Shown here: positions 29,076 through 38,644 of the stretch, piece by piece
Layout of the letters: every line of letters begins with the position of its first letter
Position numbering within the stretch: the stretch's first letter is position 1
Source of the DNA: a candidate division FCPU426 bacterium
Lineage (GTDB): Bacteria > Oederibacteriota > Muellerivitia > Muellerivitales > Muellerivitaceae
Direction: 5' to 3'
DNA: 64,000 nt
Assembly: GCA_963738405.1 (NCBI GenBank)
Contig: CAVTWJ010000009.1
Coordinates: 1 to 64,000 of the forward strand
Translations under genes and position numbers: made by a program
Notes under the pieces: model-generated
What the model saw: only the letters and a program-made list of their open reading frames with translations
Database searches by the model: none
Told to the model about the DNA's origin: nothing

Positions 29076-29077
29076 AA

Positions 29078-30292
29078 ATGTCGAATTCCGAAATTCCAAT
29101 CTCCAAAAATTATTTCTCGGCCAAAGGCAAAAATGCAGAAAGTTTTTTATACGAGCTTTCTAAGAAATCTTTTTTTGTAGATTGGTGTTATTTAAACCCT
29201 CTGTTACCAGACGGAAAAGAATTATGTGATCTGTTAATTGTGTTTGACGAAATTGCAATTATTTGGCAAATAAAGGATTTGAAGCCCAATAAAGACGGAG
29301 GAATTAAAGAGTCCGATTTTGAAAAAAACATAAAACAACTGTCCGGCGCACGCCGTACCCTTTTCGACCTTAAAACTCCAATTAAGTTGAATAATCCAAG
29401 ACGAGGGGAAGAAATATTCAACCCTGAAAAAATCAAAGAAATATATTTAATTGCAGTTTTCATCGGTGATTTTCAATCAAGCATTCCTTTAATTGATTCA
29501 ATCAAAAAATATTTGGTCCATATTTTCATAATGCCTTTTTTAGAAATAGTTTTGAACGAGCTAGATACCATTACTGATTTTATAGAATACTTAAGGTGCA
29601 AAGAAAAATTCATTACTTCTTTTAATCAACGGATAATTACTCTTTCCGGCGAAGAAGATTTTCTCGGTCTTTATCTTTTAAATGATAGAAATTTAGACAA
29701 ATTCAATAATGCTATTTTATTAACCGTTGCGGATGATATTTGGAAAGGATTTTCCACTTCTGAAAATTACAACCGCCGAGAAAAGGCTGATAAGAAAAGT
29801 TATTTTTGGGACAATCTGATTAATAGAGCCCATGAAGCAGAAACGGGAGAATACGAAATAATAGCTCGTGAATTGGCTCGTTTAAATCGCTTTGAAAGAA
29901 GATTGGCAAGTAACAGTTTTATTGAAGCCCATTTGTCGCTAAAGAATGATCCGAATAAATTATTCAAACGAACAATAGCAATTAAAGGCGTTTCTTATTG
30001 TTTTTTATTCGCTGGTGAAGCTGAAAAAGATATCGAGGAACGAAAAAATCTCTTGTTTCATACTTGTATGATTGTACGGATGCTTAAGCCTGAAAACAAA
30101 ACCGTAATCGGCATTTCTACAAGTGCTGCGTATGGCCCAACATTTGGATATGAGTTTTTTTATATAAATATTCCAGAACTTTCTCAAAGTGATATTGATG
30201 AAATCAAACAATACCAAAATAAGTTAGGGATCTACACCAAACCAGAAGAACACTTCAAGCAAGAATGGGAATATCCAAAAGATAAATCTTAA
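29078..30292 (+). CDS. PD-(D/E)XK / NERD-like nuclease-domain protein
   Basis: NAESFL..GKELCDLLIVFDEIAIIWQIKD fits the E..D..(Q/E)xK pattern; starts 2 bp after the previous stop. Confidence 0.65.
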   Translation: MSNSEIPISKNYFSAKGKNAESFLYELSKKSFFVDWCYLNPLLPDGKELCDLLIVFDEIAIIWQIKDLKPNKDGGIKESDFEKNIKQLSGARRTLFDLKTPIKLNNPRRGEEIFNPEKIKEIYLIAVFIGDFQSSIPLIDSIKKYLVHIFIMPFLEIVLNELDTITDFIEYLRCKEKFITSFNQRIITLSGEEDFLGLYLLNDRNLDKFNNAILLTVADDIWKGFSTSENYNRREKADKKSYFWDNLINRAHEAETGEYEIIARELARLNRFERRLASNSFIEAHLSLKNDPNKLFKRTIAIKGVSYCFLFAGEAEKDIEERKNLLFHTCMIVRMLKPENKTVIGISTSAAYGPTFGYEFFYINIPELSQSDIDEIKQYQNKLGIYTKPEEHFKQEWEYPKDKS

Positions 30293-30306
30293 GCTCTAAA
30301 AACACC

Positions 30307-31089
30307 ATGGAGGCTATTAAAATGCCATCCGAAATCCACACAGAAAATTCCGTAAAAGATAAATATAAAATCATGTATAAAAATTCTTACGCCTCAACTT
30401 TGCGAGACATTGCTGATTACGATTACATTTCGGCTCGACTTCTTCTTAGAAACCATTGCAAAGACCAATTTTTATATCTTGCCTACCAATCTCTAGAAAA
30501 GTACATGAAGTCCATTTTACTTTTTCATCTCCGAAAAAACAAAATCGGACATGATATTACAAAACTATTTGGTGAAATTTGTAAAATCACTGAGTTTGAG
30601 ATCGGAAATAATCCAAGAATAAAGACCTTTATTGAAAGGTTTGATAATACTTTCGGGGACCCAAGATATTTATCGCTAGGATTTGCCGGTGATTATAAGT
30701 ATCTATTCGAACTAGATTATGCAGTTTGGAAACTTAGGATTTATTGTCAGCCTGAGAGAAACAGAATCTCTTTATTGGAAAAGGCGGACGAAAAAATATT
30801 GAAAAAATCATTCTTGAAAGGGACATTCTTACTTTGGTCGGGAGTATTAGAAGATGTTCATAAGGAAAAGAAAAAGGGCTTATATCAGAGTTTGGTTTGG
30901 TTTAATTCTTACTTTGGTCGTTTCAAAGGGAATGAAATGTCTCTCATGGGATATTGGTTTAAAAATTCTCCGTTGTTTTCAGGCAATGAAGAAAGACGCC
31001 TCTTAACTTACGAATCCATAAAGGACTATGTTCACATACCCCCGAAAATAAAAAACTACTTTGAAGATTTGAAAAAAAGGAACTCCTGA
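30307..31089 (+). CDS. HEPN-domain protein
   Basis: ADYDYISARLL..AYQSLEKYMKSILL..GHDITKL..RY. Confidence 0.8.
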   Translation: MEAIKMPSEIHTENSVKDKYKIMYKNSYASTLRDIADYDYISARLLLRNHCKDQFLYLAYQSLEKYMKSILLFHLRKNKIGHDITKLFGEICKITEFEIGNNPRIKTFIERFDNTFGDPRYLSLGFAGDYKYLFELDYAVWKLRIYCQPERNRISLLEKADEKILKKSFLKGTFLLWSGVLEDVHKEKKKGLYQSLVWFNSYFGRFKGNEMSLMGYWFKNSPLFSGNEERRLLTYESIKDYVHIPPKIKNYFEDLKKRNS

Positions 31090-31110
31090 ACTGGTATGGA
31101 AGAAACGGAC

Positions 31111-31136
31111 GGGGTCAGGCATGAAAAAAGAAAATT
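31111..31136 (+). repeat. 26-bp inverted repeat, right copy; a degenerate third copy lies at 32649-32672
   Basis: GGGGTCAGGCATGAAAAAAGAAAATT; 31106-31129 matches 32649-32672 at 20/24. Confidence 0.8.
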
Positions 31137-31257
31137 AAAGTTAATCGCACAACAATTACTAACATCACTTATATCCACGTCCTGAATCAGTTCGAACAAG
31201 ACCTTAAGTTGTGTCTCCGTTAGTGGTAAAAGTCGCTTTTAATTAAATGGATAAATA

Positions 31258-32661
31258 ATGGAACCAAATCCTATCGAACAGCCATCATCCGAACGGCAGG
31301 TTTACTATCCTGAAACGCTAAAGGGTTCAAAAGCCCTTTGGCCCTTAATTTTATTTGCTTCATTTGTTCCTTTGGGGTTCCTTTTTATATTTCTAAGCAT
31401 TTATTTCCATACGGGAAGGCTTTATTTCCCCTGGTGGTCACCACGAATCCGTTCTTTGTATGTATTTTGGGTTTTTAATTTACTGGTTGTCTTTTTGAGG
31501 TTGAAAAGTCAAAAAGCTCATGCCGAAACATCACCGGAGGGTCTTGCGCAAGTGAATGCTTTTGGGAAACAGGTCGATATTCCCTGGGATGAAATCGGCC
31601 AGGTTTTGGTGGATGAGGGCGGTATTGTTCGGGTTAAGGACAAAACCGGTAAAAAAACCATCAACCTTTCGAAGTTTTATAAAAATTTTGACCAACTGAA
31701 GAAAAGGGTTTTAGAAGAATACGAAACAAAAAGAATTCCCCAGGCGAAAGAAGCCGCCCTTTATGGCATGGCCTCGAAAGTCGGCATTATTTATTTTTGG
31801 GGTGGGTTATTTATTCTGATTCTTGGTCTGACATCGGTAGTAGGCGGTGTTATGACCCTCATGGGTTATGGTGACACGAAAGTTAATCCATTGGTCAATG
31901 AGATCATCTTTTTAGTCTTCGGCCCAGCCTTCATTGCCCTTGCGGTTTACTGTCTTTGGTGGGGTGTGAGAGTTAAATACAGCAAAATCGAAATTACTCA
32001 ATCGGGAATCGCCAGGCTAGAGAAAGCTGGAAACCGGGTTTTTATTAAATGGGAGGATGTAGCCCGGTTGACCAAAAGGGAACGGATGAAAGACATAGTG
32101 GTTACCAGCTTGGACCCATCTAAAAAAATCATGGTGGATTATCAATTTGAAGGGTTCGAGCAGATTCGAGACAGAGTTTTTATGGAATTCGAGAAAAGGC
32201 TGTCCTTGCCAGTGGTGGCCACGACCTACGGCCCAAAATGGATTCATCCCAACTTTGTCTTGATGGGATTTATGGGAGCTTTTATTGGACTATTGTGTTT
32301 CGCCCGATTCAGCCAAAAAACCACAGGCGATACGAGCGGGTTTAACTTCTTAATTATCCTTTTAGTGGGTTTTTATTTGTTCATTCTTTTCGCGGAAACA
32401 AAAGCGGTGAAGGCCCTGACCTTAAACGGAAATGAAATTATCCTTCGCAAACTTTTTGGAAAGAAAATTCTACAAGGACGTGAAGTGGCGGACATTTCCA
32501 TGGATAGTATCGCGGGCCAACACGGGACTTTTTATTACCGAATTCAACTGACTGCCGAAGATGGGAAGAAATACATCTTCGCCAATGATCTTGGAACAGA
32601 AGTGGGTGTTTATCCGGTCCTCAAGAAATGGCTGGAGAAACAAAAAGGCGGACGAGGCTAG
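31258..32661 (+). CDS. Membrane protein with three repeated 2TM plus bacterial-PH-like modules
   Basis: Internal repeats IPWDEI..NFDQLKKRVLEEYE and IKWEDV..GFEQIRDRVFMEFE. Confidence 0.7.
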   Translation: MEPNPIEQPSSERQVYYPETLKGSKALWPLILFASFVPLGFLFIFLSIYFHTGRLYFPWWSPRIRSLYVFWVFNLLVVFLRLKSQKAHAETSPEGLAQVNAFGKQVDIPWDEIGQVLVDEGGIVRVKDKTGKKTINLSKFYKNFDQLKKRVLEEYETKRIPQAKEAALYGMASKVGIIYFWGGLFILILGLTSVVGGVMTLMGYGDTKVNPLVNEIIFLVFGPAFIALAVYCLWWGVRVKYSKIEITQSGIARLEKAGNRVFIKWEDVARLTKRERMKDIVVTSLDPSKKIMVDYQFEGFEQIRDRVFMEFEKRLSLPVVATTYGPKWIHPNFVLMGFMGAFIGLLCFARFSQKTTGDTSGFNFLIILLVGFYLFILFAETKAVKALTLNGNEIILRKLFGKKILQGREVADISMDSIAGQHGTFYYRIQLTAEDGKKYIFANDLGTEVGVYPVLKKWLEKQKGGRG

Positions 32662-32811
32662 GCCTGAAAAAATCTGTTTTACGACGTCCATTCAACTAAA
32701 TCCCTTTTGAGTTAAGCCCTAATAAAAATAATGACTATGTCAATTTGGCAGGCTTTTTCCTACACTTCCCTTCGTTAGCAGGTGTTTTGAGGCGAAGAAA
32801 AACAGGGGAGA

Positions 32812-33768
32812 GTGAACATGAAGCATTTGAGCCAATTGGCAGGGATTGTTTTGTTACTTACCAGTTTTGTGGCGGTTTCCAATGCGGATACGCTTTTTGA
32901 ACCCGTGAATTCCAACCAATCTTCCGCTTACCAACGGGACCCATCCAACTTATTGCAGTTCGCCAAGGCCGTTAAACCCACAAAGCACACCGAAGACGCC
33001 GCCGACGAAACCATCAACTTGTTCGATGGTTCGGGAACCTTCGTACAGCTTTACACTGGCTACGACTATTCCATCATGGGCGACATCAGCAACGGTTTTA
33101 ATAACCTCAAGCCGGCCTTCCTCAACGGCAGCCCAAGCCTATCGGCCGCGGGTGGGAGTTTTCAAAACAGCGGTATCCGCACGGGGGTGCTTTACGGCAT
33201 CCACTTGGATTCCTCCAGCAGTTTTGCCTTGGATATCAGCAACGTCACGACCGTGCCTAGCAGTTTGACGTTTTCTACCGGGACGACGCAGGTGGCCAGC
33301 TTCAACCTGTTGCCTTCACTTTTTAGCGCCTCCATCGACTATTCCCTCAACCTCATCCAGGGACCGGGAAGCCGGACCTACGTGGCCCTGGGGGCCGGCT
33401 ATTACCATGGAGCCGTGGCTTATTACGGCAGTGGGGGCGGGTACGGCAGTGGAACCTTCACGGGCGACAATATCGGTGGGACCTTGGGGATTGGGGAAGA
33501 GATCGCCCTAGGTTCGAATTTTGGGTTCAATTTTTCCTTGAACGGCCGTTACGCTTACTTCAGCCGGGCCAGTTCTAGCAATGCTGCCGGCTACGCTGGC
33601 GGATCGGGCACCATTTCCCTGGCGCTCATCCAGCAAGGCCCGACCGGCCGGTTCCTGGTGCCGATTGCGAACAACCTGATCGATGCGAATCCCAACATCG
33701 TTTCCTACGCCGGGATGGACTTTTCGGGCATCGACGCCAACGCGGCGGTGGAATACCACTTTTTCTAA
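32812..33768 (+). CDS. Outer-membrane beta-barrel protein
   Basis: Signal peptide, YVALGAGYY, C-terminal aromatic strand AAVEYHFF. Confidence 0.7.
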   Translation: MNMKHLSQLAGIVLLLTSFVAVSNADTLFEPVNSNQSSAYQRDPSNLLQFAKAVKPTKHTEDAADETINLFDGSGTFVQLYTGYDYSIMGDISNGFNNLKPAFLNGSPSLSAAGGSFQNSGIRTGVLYGIHLDSSSSFALDISNVTTVPSSLTFSTGTTQVASFNLLPSLFSASIDYSLNLIQGPGSRTYVALGAGYYHGAVAYYGSGGGYGSGTFTGDNIGGTLGIGEEIALGSNFGFNFSLNGRYAYFSRASSSNAAGYAGGSGTISLALIQQGPTGRFLVPIANNLIDANPNIVSYAGMDFSGIDANAAVEYHFF

Positions 33769-33793
33769 AAGCTTTTCGAAGGTCAGAATTTAT

Positions 33794-33865
33794 TTAGTTC
33801 GTTTTTCTAAACGCGGTCCCCGGCACCACTTCCCAATGGGTGGAGCCGGGGTGCATCCAGATCAA
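33794..33865 (-). pseudogene. Displaced alternative 3' end of the PA14 glycosyltransferase gene
   Basis: Reads LIWMHPGSTHWEVVPGTAFRKTN*; 33822-33864 is 42/43 identical to 35389-35431. Confidence 0.9.
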
Positions 33866-33996
33866 AGGTAGGGCCATCCAATCCCCTTTAGCGCTCAAAA
33901 CCTATCAGATAATATTGGGTTATTGTTGGTTAATGTTTGGTTGATAACTGGAAAATACCGGATAGAATGCGTAAACTTACTTAGAGGGAGGCGACC

Positions 33997-34365
33997 ATGT
34001 CCACGCCGCTTTTAGATCTGCCAAAAGACCATCTTTCGTTATTTAAAAAAAACAAACCCGACTATGAGAACATCGTGGATTTCCTACATCTCAAAAGGGT
34101 GGATGTGGCAAAGGCAACGGGGCTGGCGACCTCTTCAGTCCGTTTTGATGGGAAAATACCTCAGGAATTATCCGAGATACTTCTTCAATGGGCGGTTTTG
34201 TTCAATAAAGTAGCGGAATTTTTTAAGGGCGATGTTTATAAAACGAATCTTTGGTTCAATGTTCCGAATCCTTTGTTGGGAAATATAACTCCAAAAGATA
34301 TGATCCGGCTGGGCCGCTATAAAAAACTTTATAGTTTTGTTTCACAGGCTATCGAAGACAATTAA
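33997..34365 (+). CDS. Xre/MbcA/ParS-type antitoxin
   Basis: HTH-like DVAKATGLATSSV; LWFNVPNPLLGNITPKDMI; upstream of an RES gene. Confidence 0.85.
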   Translation: MSTPLLDLPKDHLSLFKKNKPDYENIVDFLHLKRVDVAKATGLATSSVRFDGKIPQELSEILLQWAVLFNKVAEFFKGDVYKTNLWFNVPNPLLGNITPKDMIRLGRYKKLYSFVSQAIEDN

Positions 34366-34379
34366 AACAGGTATTTAAG

Positions 34380-35297
34380 ATGGATAAGAGCCGGCGAAAA
34401 AAGAAACTTGATTCCCGCGCCTTATCCTTTCTCCTCCCGACCTATTTACCTCTGGATCAATTCAATGTTCTTGACGTGCAGCGTTGGCAATCCGGCCAAC
34501 AAAAGCTCAAGGATTTTTATGGGCAATGGTATTTCGAATTAGCCAGGCAACGTTCCCGGGCGAAAGAATCAATCAATCGCTCACTTCAGAAGGCAAGCAC
34601 ACCCTATTCTTTCTCCCCTTGTTATAGGGTATTTCGCTTTAAATGGGCCTTGGGCCCGCTTTCTTCCAAAGGAAGCCTTAAGGTTCCGGGTGGACGTTTC
34701 AATATCGGTGACATCGACGAGAGCTTATTTCAGAAATTTCCCGCCCTTTATTTGGCTGAAGACGCAGATACGGCTCTCTGTGAAATGATAGGACCGAGAC
34801 GAAATCCTTTGGAAACATTCAACCAATTTGATTTGGCTTCGATTAATGAGAAATCATTATCAATTGTGGCAACTTATGGGGAACTTGAATCGGTGGTGGA
34901 TTTGACCAATCGGGAATGCCTGAAAGAATTTATTGATGTAGTTAAAACTTTTACCGTTTCCAAAAGTCTTGAAAAATTGGCCCAGGAAGTGCGGATCAAT
35001 CTAAATGGCGGCACGGTTAATAGCGTGGATCTTCTTATGGAAACCCTCATGAATCCTAATTGGAGACAATTTCCAATGCATGTCGATGTACCCGCAAATT
35101 CTCAAATATTTGGACAGCTTGTTTGGGACGCAGGAATCGAAGGGGTTGTCTATTCCTCGAAATACACTAATAAAAAGTGTTTTGCGATTTTCCCGAATAA
35201 CCTCAAGGGCGGCGATTCATTTGTGGAAATTATGGATGATGTTCCCAAAGGCGCAATTAAGCGTTTAGACTCCAAAACGTGGGAAAAACTTATTTAA
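34380..35297 (+). CDS. RES-domain toxin (NAD+ phosphorylase / ADP-ribosyltransferase fold)
   Basis: YR, GGRFN, ALYLAED..ALCE, SQIFG..GIEGVVYSS..AIFP. Confidence 0.9.
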   Translation: MDKSRRKKKLDSRALSFLLPTYLPLDQFNVLDVQRWQSGQQKLKDFYGQWYFELARQRSRAKESINRSLQKASTPYSFSPCYRVFRFKWALGPLSSKGSLKVPGGRFNIGDIDESLFQKFPALYLAEDADTALCEMIGPRRNPLETFNQFDLASINEKSLSIVATYGELESVVDLTNRECLKEFIDVVKTFTVSKSLEKLAQEVRINLNGGTVNSVDLLMETLMNPNWRQFPMHVDVPANSQIFGQLVWDAGIEGVVYSSKYTNKKCFAIFPNNLKGGDSFVEIMDDVPKGAIKRLDSKTWEKLI

Positions 35298-35348
35298 ACA
35301 ATAGTGGAAATAAAGTTATAAGACCCGAAAAATTTTTAAGTCCAAGAC

Positions 35349-37493
35349 TCAAAGCTTACGTTGGTTGATCTTCCCGAAAGTAGAGGCTGGCACAACTTCC
35401 CAATGGGTGGAGCCGGGGTGCATCCAGATCAGATTCACGGCCATCGAATCCCCGCCCGTCTTAATAAATTCCACTTTGATCGAATGTTCTCCCTTATGAA
35501 GGTTCAGTTTTTTATCTGAAGGCATTCCCGCTCCATAAATCTTTTTCCCATCCAAGAAAATAGTCCCTTGGTCCTGGGTCAGGCATTCAAATTGATATTC
35601 GCCTGAAGCTGGAATTTCCAAATGGCCCTTCCAGCGGATGCTGAAGGGGGGCGGGTTGGTGAAGGGAAAGTCCTGCTTGCTGGTGAAATTCAAAAGAGGG
35701 TCGCTCTTTACCGTCACGGGAGTCCCCAAAAAGAAGCTGGTGTTCCAATAGGTTCCCGTCAGGCCCTTATCCCAACCCTTGAAAGAATTGACCGTTAGAT
35801 TGGATATGGCGTAGCAGGAGACAAGGGTTCGTCCATCCGGGCTTTGCAAAGCATCCTCTGTGCCTCCAGGAAAAATAGTTTTGAGAAGGTCCAAAACCCC
35901 GGCCTTGCCCTCCTCCGTGAAAAAAACCGCGTCCTTGTCCTTAGCTAAATTTCCGGCGGCCAGATCGTTGAGATTGAAACGAACGATGGCCGCCCCCGAG
36001 GCATCGGCGAGGAACCGGGTGGTATGGTTTTCGTAGTAAAGGGGCGGGAGATAAAAGCGGTAGCGGCCCGGATATAGTTTTTCCAGGTTTTCAACGCCCC
36101 GGCCGATGTAAGTCTGCTCTAACCCAAATGAGGTCTGGCAGGCGGGGTCTTGGTCCATCTTCTCGAAATAGATCAGGTAGTTTTGAACCGCGATGGGGGC
36201 AATCAGGGCAAAACCCAAAAAAGGAATAAGCCATTTCGTTTTATTGGAAAGGGCTAAGCGCCGCCAGAATTCTTCCATCGTGGTTCCGGCGAAATAGGCG
36301 GCAAAGACCGAGAGAATCCAAAGCCGGTTGGAATTGGCGGGGTCATTCGCCAGCGTCCCTACGGCGAGGAAGATCAGAAAACCCGCCAGGGGATAAAACC
36401 CGCCCCTTTCTTTGCGCCGCAACCAAGCCAGGCCCAGCCCCAAAACAAAACAGACCCCGGTGATGTCATCCAGCATCCGGGTTCCCGGCAGATTATGGCG
36501 GGGGTTGGGGTCGCCTTGGCGGTTGAACATCAAAATATTCGAAACCGCCTGGTCCCAGAGGGGTTTCAAACTGTGCTGGGCTTTGATGTTGTTGCCGATG
36601 AAGATGTCGCTCTCCCGGTTTCCCGCCGTGTGGTTCAAGACCAAATAGGCCAAGAGGGGCAGGGCCAAAAGCAAAAAGAGCCCCGCCCAAAGAGCCAGAG
36701 CCCTGGCCTTCTTTGATCCCCTGCGAAACTCGTAAAACCCGAAGAGCAAAAAGAGAAGGGGAACCACTTTGAAGATTTGGTAGGTATAGAGCCCCAGTCC
36801 CAAAAAGAGCGCCGAAGGGTAAAAAGAAGATTTCTGGTTCTTCATGACCCAATGGAGCCAAAAGGCCAGCCCGGCGAAAAGAAAAAAGCCGGTTTGGCAG
36901 GAAGGATACCCGGTGCGGGGCTCAATCCAGTTCCACCGCATGAGCCCCAATAATAGAAACGAAAGGAGGGCGGTTCGGGGGCCCGCTAACTGCCGAATGG
37001 CCCAATAGATGAAAGGGAAAGAAGCCATGGCGAGGGTTACGAAGAACAGGTGGAAGGACAGGTAGGAAGAACCGAAAAGCCAAAACCAACCCGCCAGGAA
37101 ATAGGGAATCAGCAGTTCGGGAACCGGGTAGCTGTAAATGTCGTAAAAGGGCCGCCAGCCCTTCAAAACCCAAAGGCCGTATTCCCCTTCCAGCCCCTGG
37201 TCGGTGTGCATCCCATCGGGCATGGAATCCAGTTGATAGACCCGAAGGAAGAGGGCGATCAGGAAAATAAAAACAAAGGCAACCGTTTCGACATCAAGAG
37301 AAAGGGGCTCGAAAGCCGGGGAGCCGATCTGGGGGTCCCGAAACAACAGCCAAAGGGCCAGGCCGTAAAAAAATAATCCGGGAGCCAAGGTCCAGGGTGC
37401 GCCGGACTGGGCCATCCAGAACTGCCCCAAGGCCGCCGATAGAAGCGGCGCCCAACATTTCATCCAGGAAGGGCGTGTGGTTGAAGGGGGCAA
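35349..37493 (-). CDS. GT-C (PMT/ArnT-like) membrane glycosyltransferase with C-terminal PA14 domain
   Basis: LRVYQL..PDGMHTDQG, multiple TM helices, GDPNPRHNLPG; PA14 motifs GLTGTYW, FSIRWKG, GEHSIKVEF. Confidence 0.85.
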   Translation of the reverse strand: MPPSTTRPSWMKCWAPLLSAALGQFWMAQSGAPWTLAPGLFFYGLALWLLFRDPQIGSPAFEPLSLDVETVAFVFIFLIALFLRVYQLDSMPDGMHTDQGLEGEYGLWVLKGWRPFYDIYSYPVPELLIPYFLAGWFWLFGSSYLSFHLFFVTLAMASFPFIYWAIRQLAGPRTALLSFLLLGLMRWNWIEPRTGYPSCQTGFFLFAGLAFWLHWVMKNQKSSFYPSALFLGLGLYTYQIFKVVPLLFLLFGFYEFRRGSKKARALALWAGLFLLLALPLLAYLVLNHTAGNRESDIFIGNNIKAQHSLKPLWDQAVSNILMFNRQGDPNPRHNLPGTRMLDDITGVCFVLGLGLAWLRRKERGGFYPLAGFLIFLAVGTLANDPANSNRLWILSVFAAYFAGTTMEEFWRRLALSNKTKWLIPFLGFALIAPIAVQNYLIYFEKMDQDPACQTSFGLEQTYIGRGVENLEKLYPGRYRFYLPPLYYENHTTRFLADASGAAIVRFNLNDLAAGNLAKDKDAVFFTEEGKAGVLDLLKTIFPGGTEDALQSPDGRTLVSCYAISNLTVNSFKGWDKGLTGTYWNTSFFLGTPVTVKSDPLLNFTSKQDFPFTNPPPFSIRWKGHLEIPASGEYQFECLTQDQGTIFLDGKKIYGAGMPSDKKLNLHKGEHSIKVEFIKTGGDSMAVNLIWMHPGSTHWEVVPASTFGKINQRKL

Positions 37494-37627
37494 GAGCGAT
37501 CCTTGAGTTGAAATCAGCCACTATCATAACCCATCCGAGGGCTTGGCCGCCGTTGACGGTCCTTCAGCCCGGCCCTAGGATAGGTCTTGCTGAAAAGTAC
37601 CGGCAGTGGCTCAGTTTGAATTAACGC

Positions 37628-37753
37628 CGTCATTGCGAGGCCCAGCCCCAATCGGGGTGGTTTGAGCCGTGGCAATCTCAGTTAAAAGCCGAAAAAAACC
37701 TGGGATTCCCACGTCGCAAACCAAGCCTATCGGCTTTGCTCCTCGGAATGACA
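37628..37753. repeat. Gene-less inverted REP doublet; inverted relative of 19754-19889
   Basis: CGTCATTGCGAGG..CCGTGGCAATCTC and GATTCCCACGTCGC..GCTCCTCGGAATGACA. Confidence 0.85.
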
Positions 37754-37808
37754 AACAGACCTAAAATCTGTTTTATCTTTTTTAAAATTAGTTTCCCCCG
37801 GAGGGAAC

Positions 37809-38312
37809 TTGAAAGCCGCCTCTTGGATCTTGACTGGACTTTTCGCGCTTCTCCTCGTCTGGTCCCTTTCCCAAATGCCCTCACCCGGCGATCCTACCGC
37901 CCCCCTCTCCGTCCATATCAGTTCCCGATACGCCTCCCAATCGGCCTCCGAAACGGGTTTTAACAACCCCTTGTCCGCGGTGCTGGGCGACTACCGGTCT
38001 TTCGACCTTGTCCTCTTATCCCTTCTTTCCCTGGGGGCCTGCCTGGTGGGTTGGGGAAGCGCCCGGGAACAGGAATCCCAACTGCCCCCCCTGCGCCGTC
38101 TCTTTTTCGTTCTTTGCGTCCTGGGAAGCCTGGCCCTCATCGGCCTGGGTTTCTACACCCTCTTCAAGGGATGCCGTTTCCTCGACTATGAATGCTGGGT
38201 GCAATTCGCGCCGCCCGCGGCGGCCAGGGTATTAGGCGCCGAATGGTCACTGGGACTGGCCCTACTGGTATTTTTTCTTTCTTTCTTTGTCCGTTCCAAA
38301 GGGAAACCATGA
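37809..38312 (+). CDS. MrpB/MnhB-like subunit (divergent)
   Basis: ETGFNNPLSAVLGDYRSFDL resembles the MnhB N.V.Av..DfRgfDT motif. Confidence 0.65.
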   Translation: MKAASWILTGLFALLLVWSLSQMPSPGDPTAPLSVHISSRYASQSASETGFNNPLSAVLGDYRSFDLVLLSLLSLGACLVGWGSAREQESQLPPLRRLFFVLCVLGSLALIGLGFYTLFKGCRFLDYECWVQFAPPAAARVLGAEWSLGLALLVFFLSFFVRSKGKP

Positions 38313-38644
38313 CCCCCCACATTCCCCTTATCTTTCAGTACATTCTGCCGTTCGGTTTGGCGGTTTTAGGTTTTTGGGGCCTGACTTCCTTCACCCGCCT
38401 GGACCAAAAAGCGGGAGCTTGGTTGATGCTCCAATTGGCCGTTGGGGTTTTCCTCCTTCAACTCGCTTTTGAAAACCCTGCCGCAGGCTCCACAGGCGCC
38501 AATCCCTTTGTTCTTTCTTTAGGTGTGATGGTCGCCTTAACCGGTCTTTTGGTTTTCTCGCTTCTTTTGGGGCTGGCCATTTTTTTAAAGAGGCAGAACG
38601 GCAGTTGGGACGGGGATGAAATCAACCGGAGGCTGAAACCTTGA
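38309..38644 (+). CDS. MrpC/MnhC-like subunit (divergent)
   Basis: Three TM helices, ANPFVLSL, GSWDGDEI; ATGA overlap with the previous gene. Confidence 0.6.
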   Translation: MTPHIPLIFQYILPFGLAVLGFWGLTSFTRLDQKAGAWLMLQLAVGVFLLQLAFENPAAGSTGANPFVLSLGVMVALTGLLVFSLLLGLAIFLKRQNGSWDGDEINRRLKP

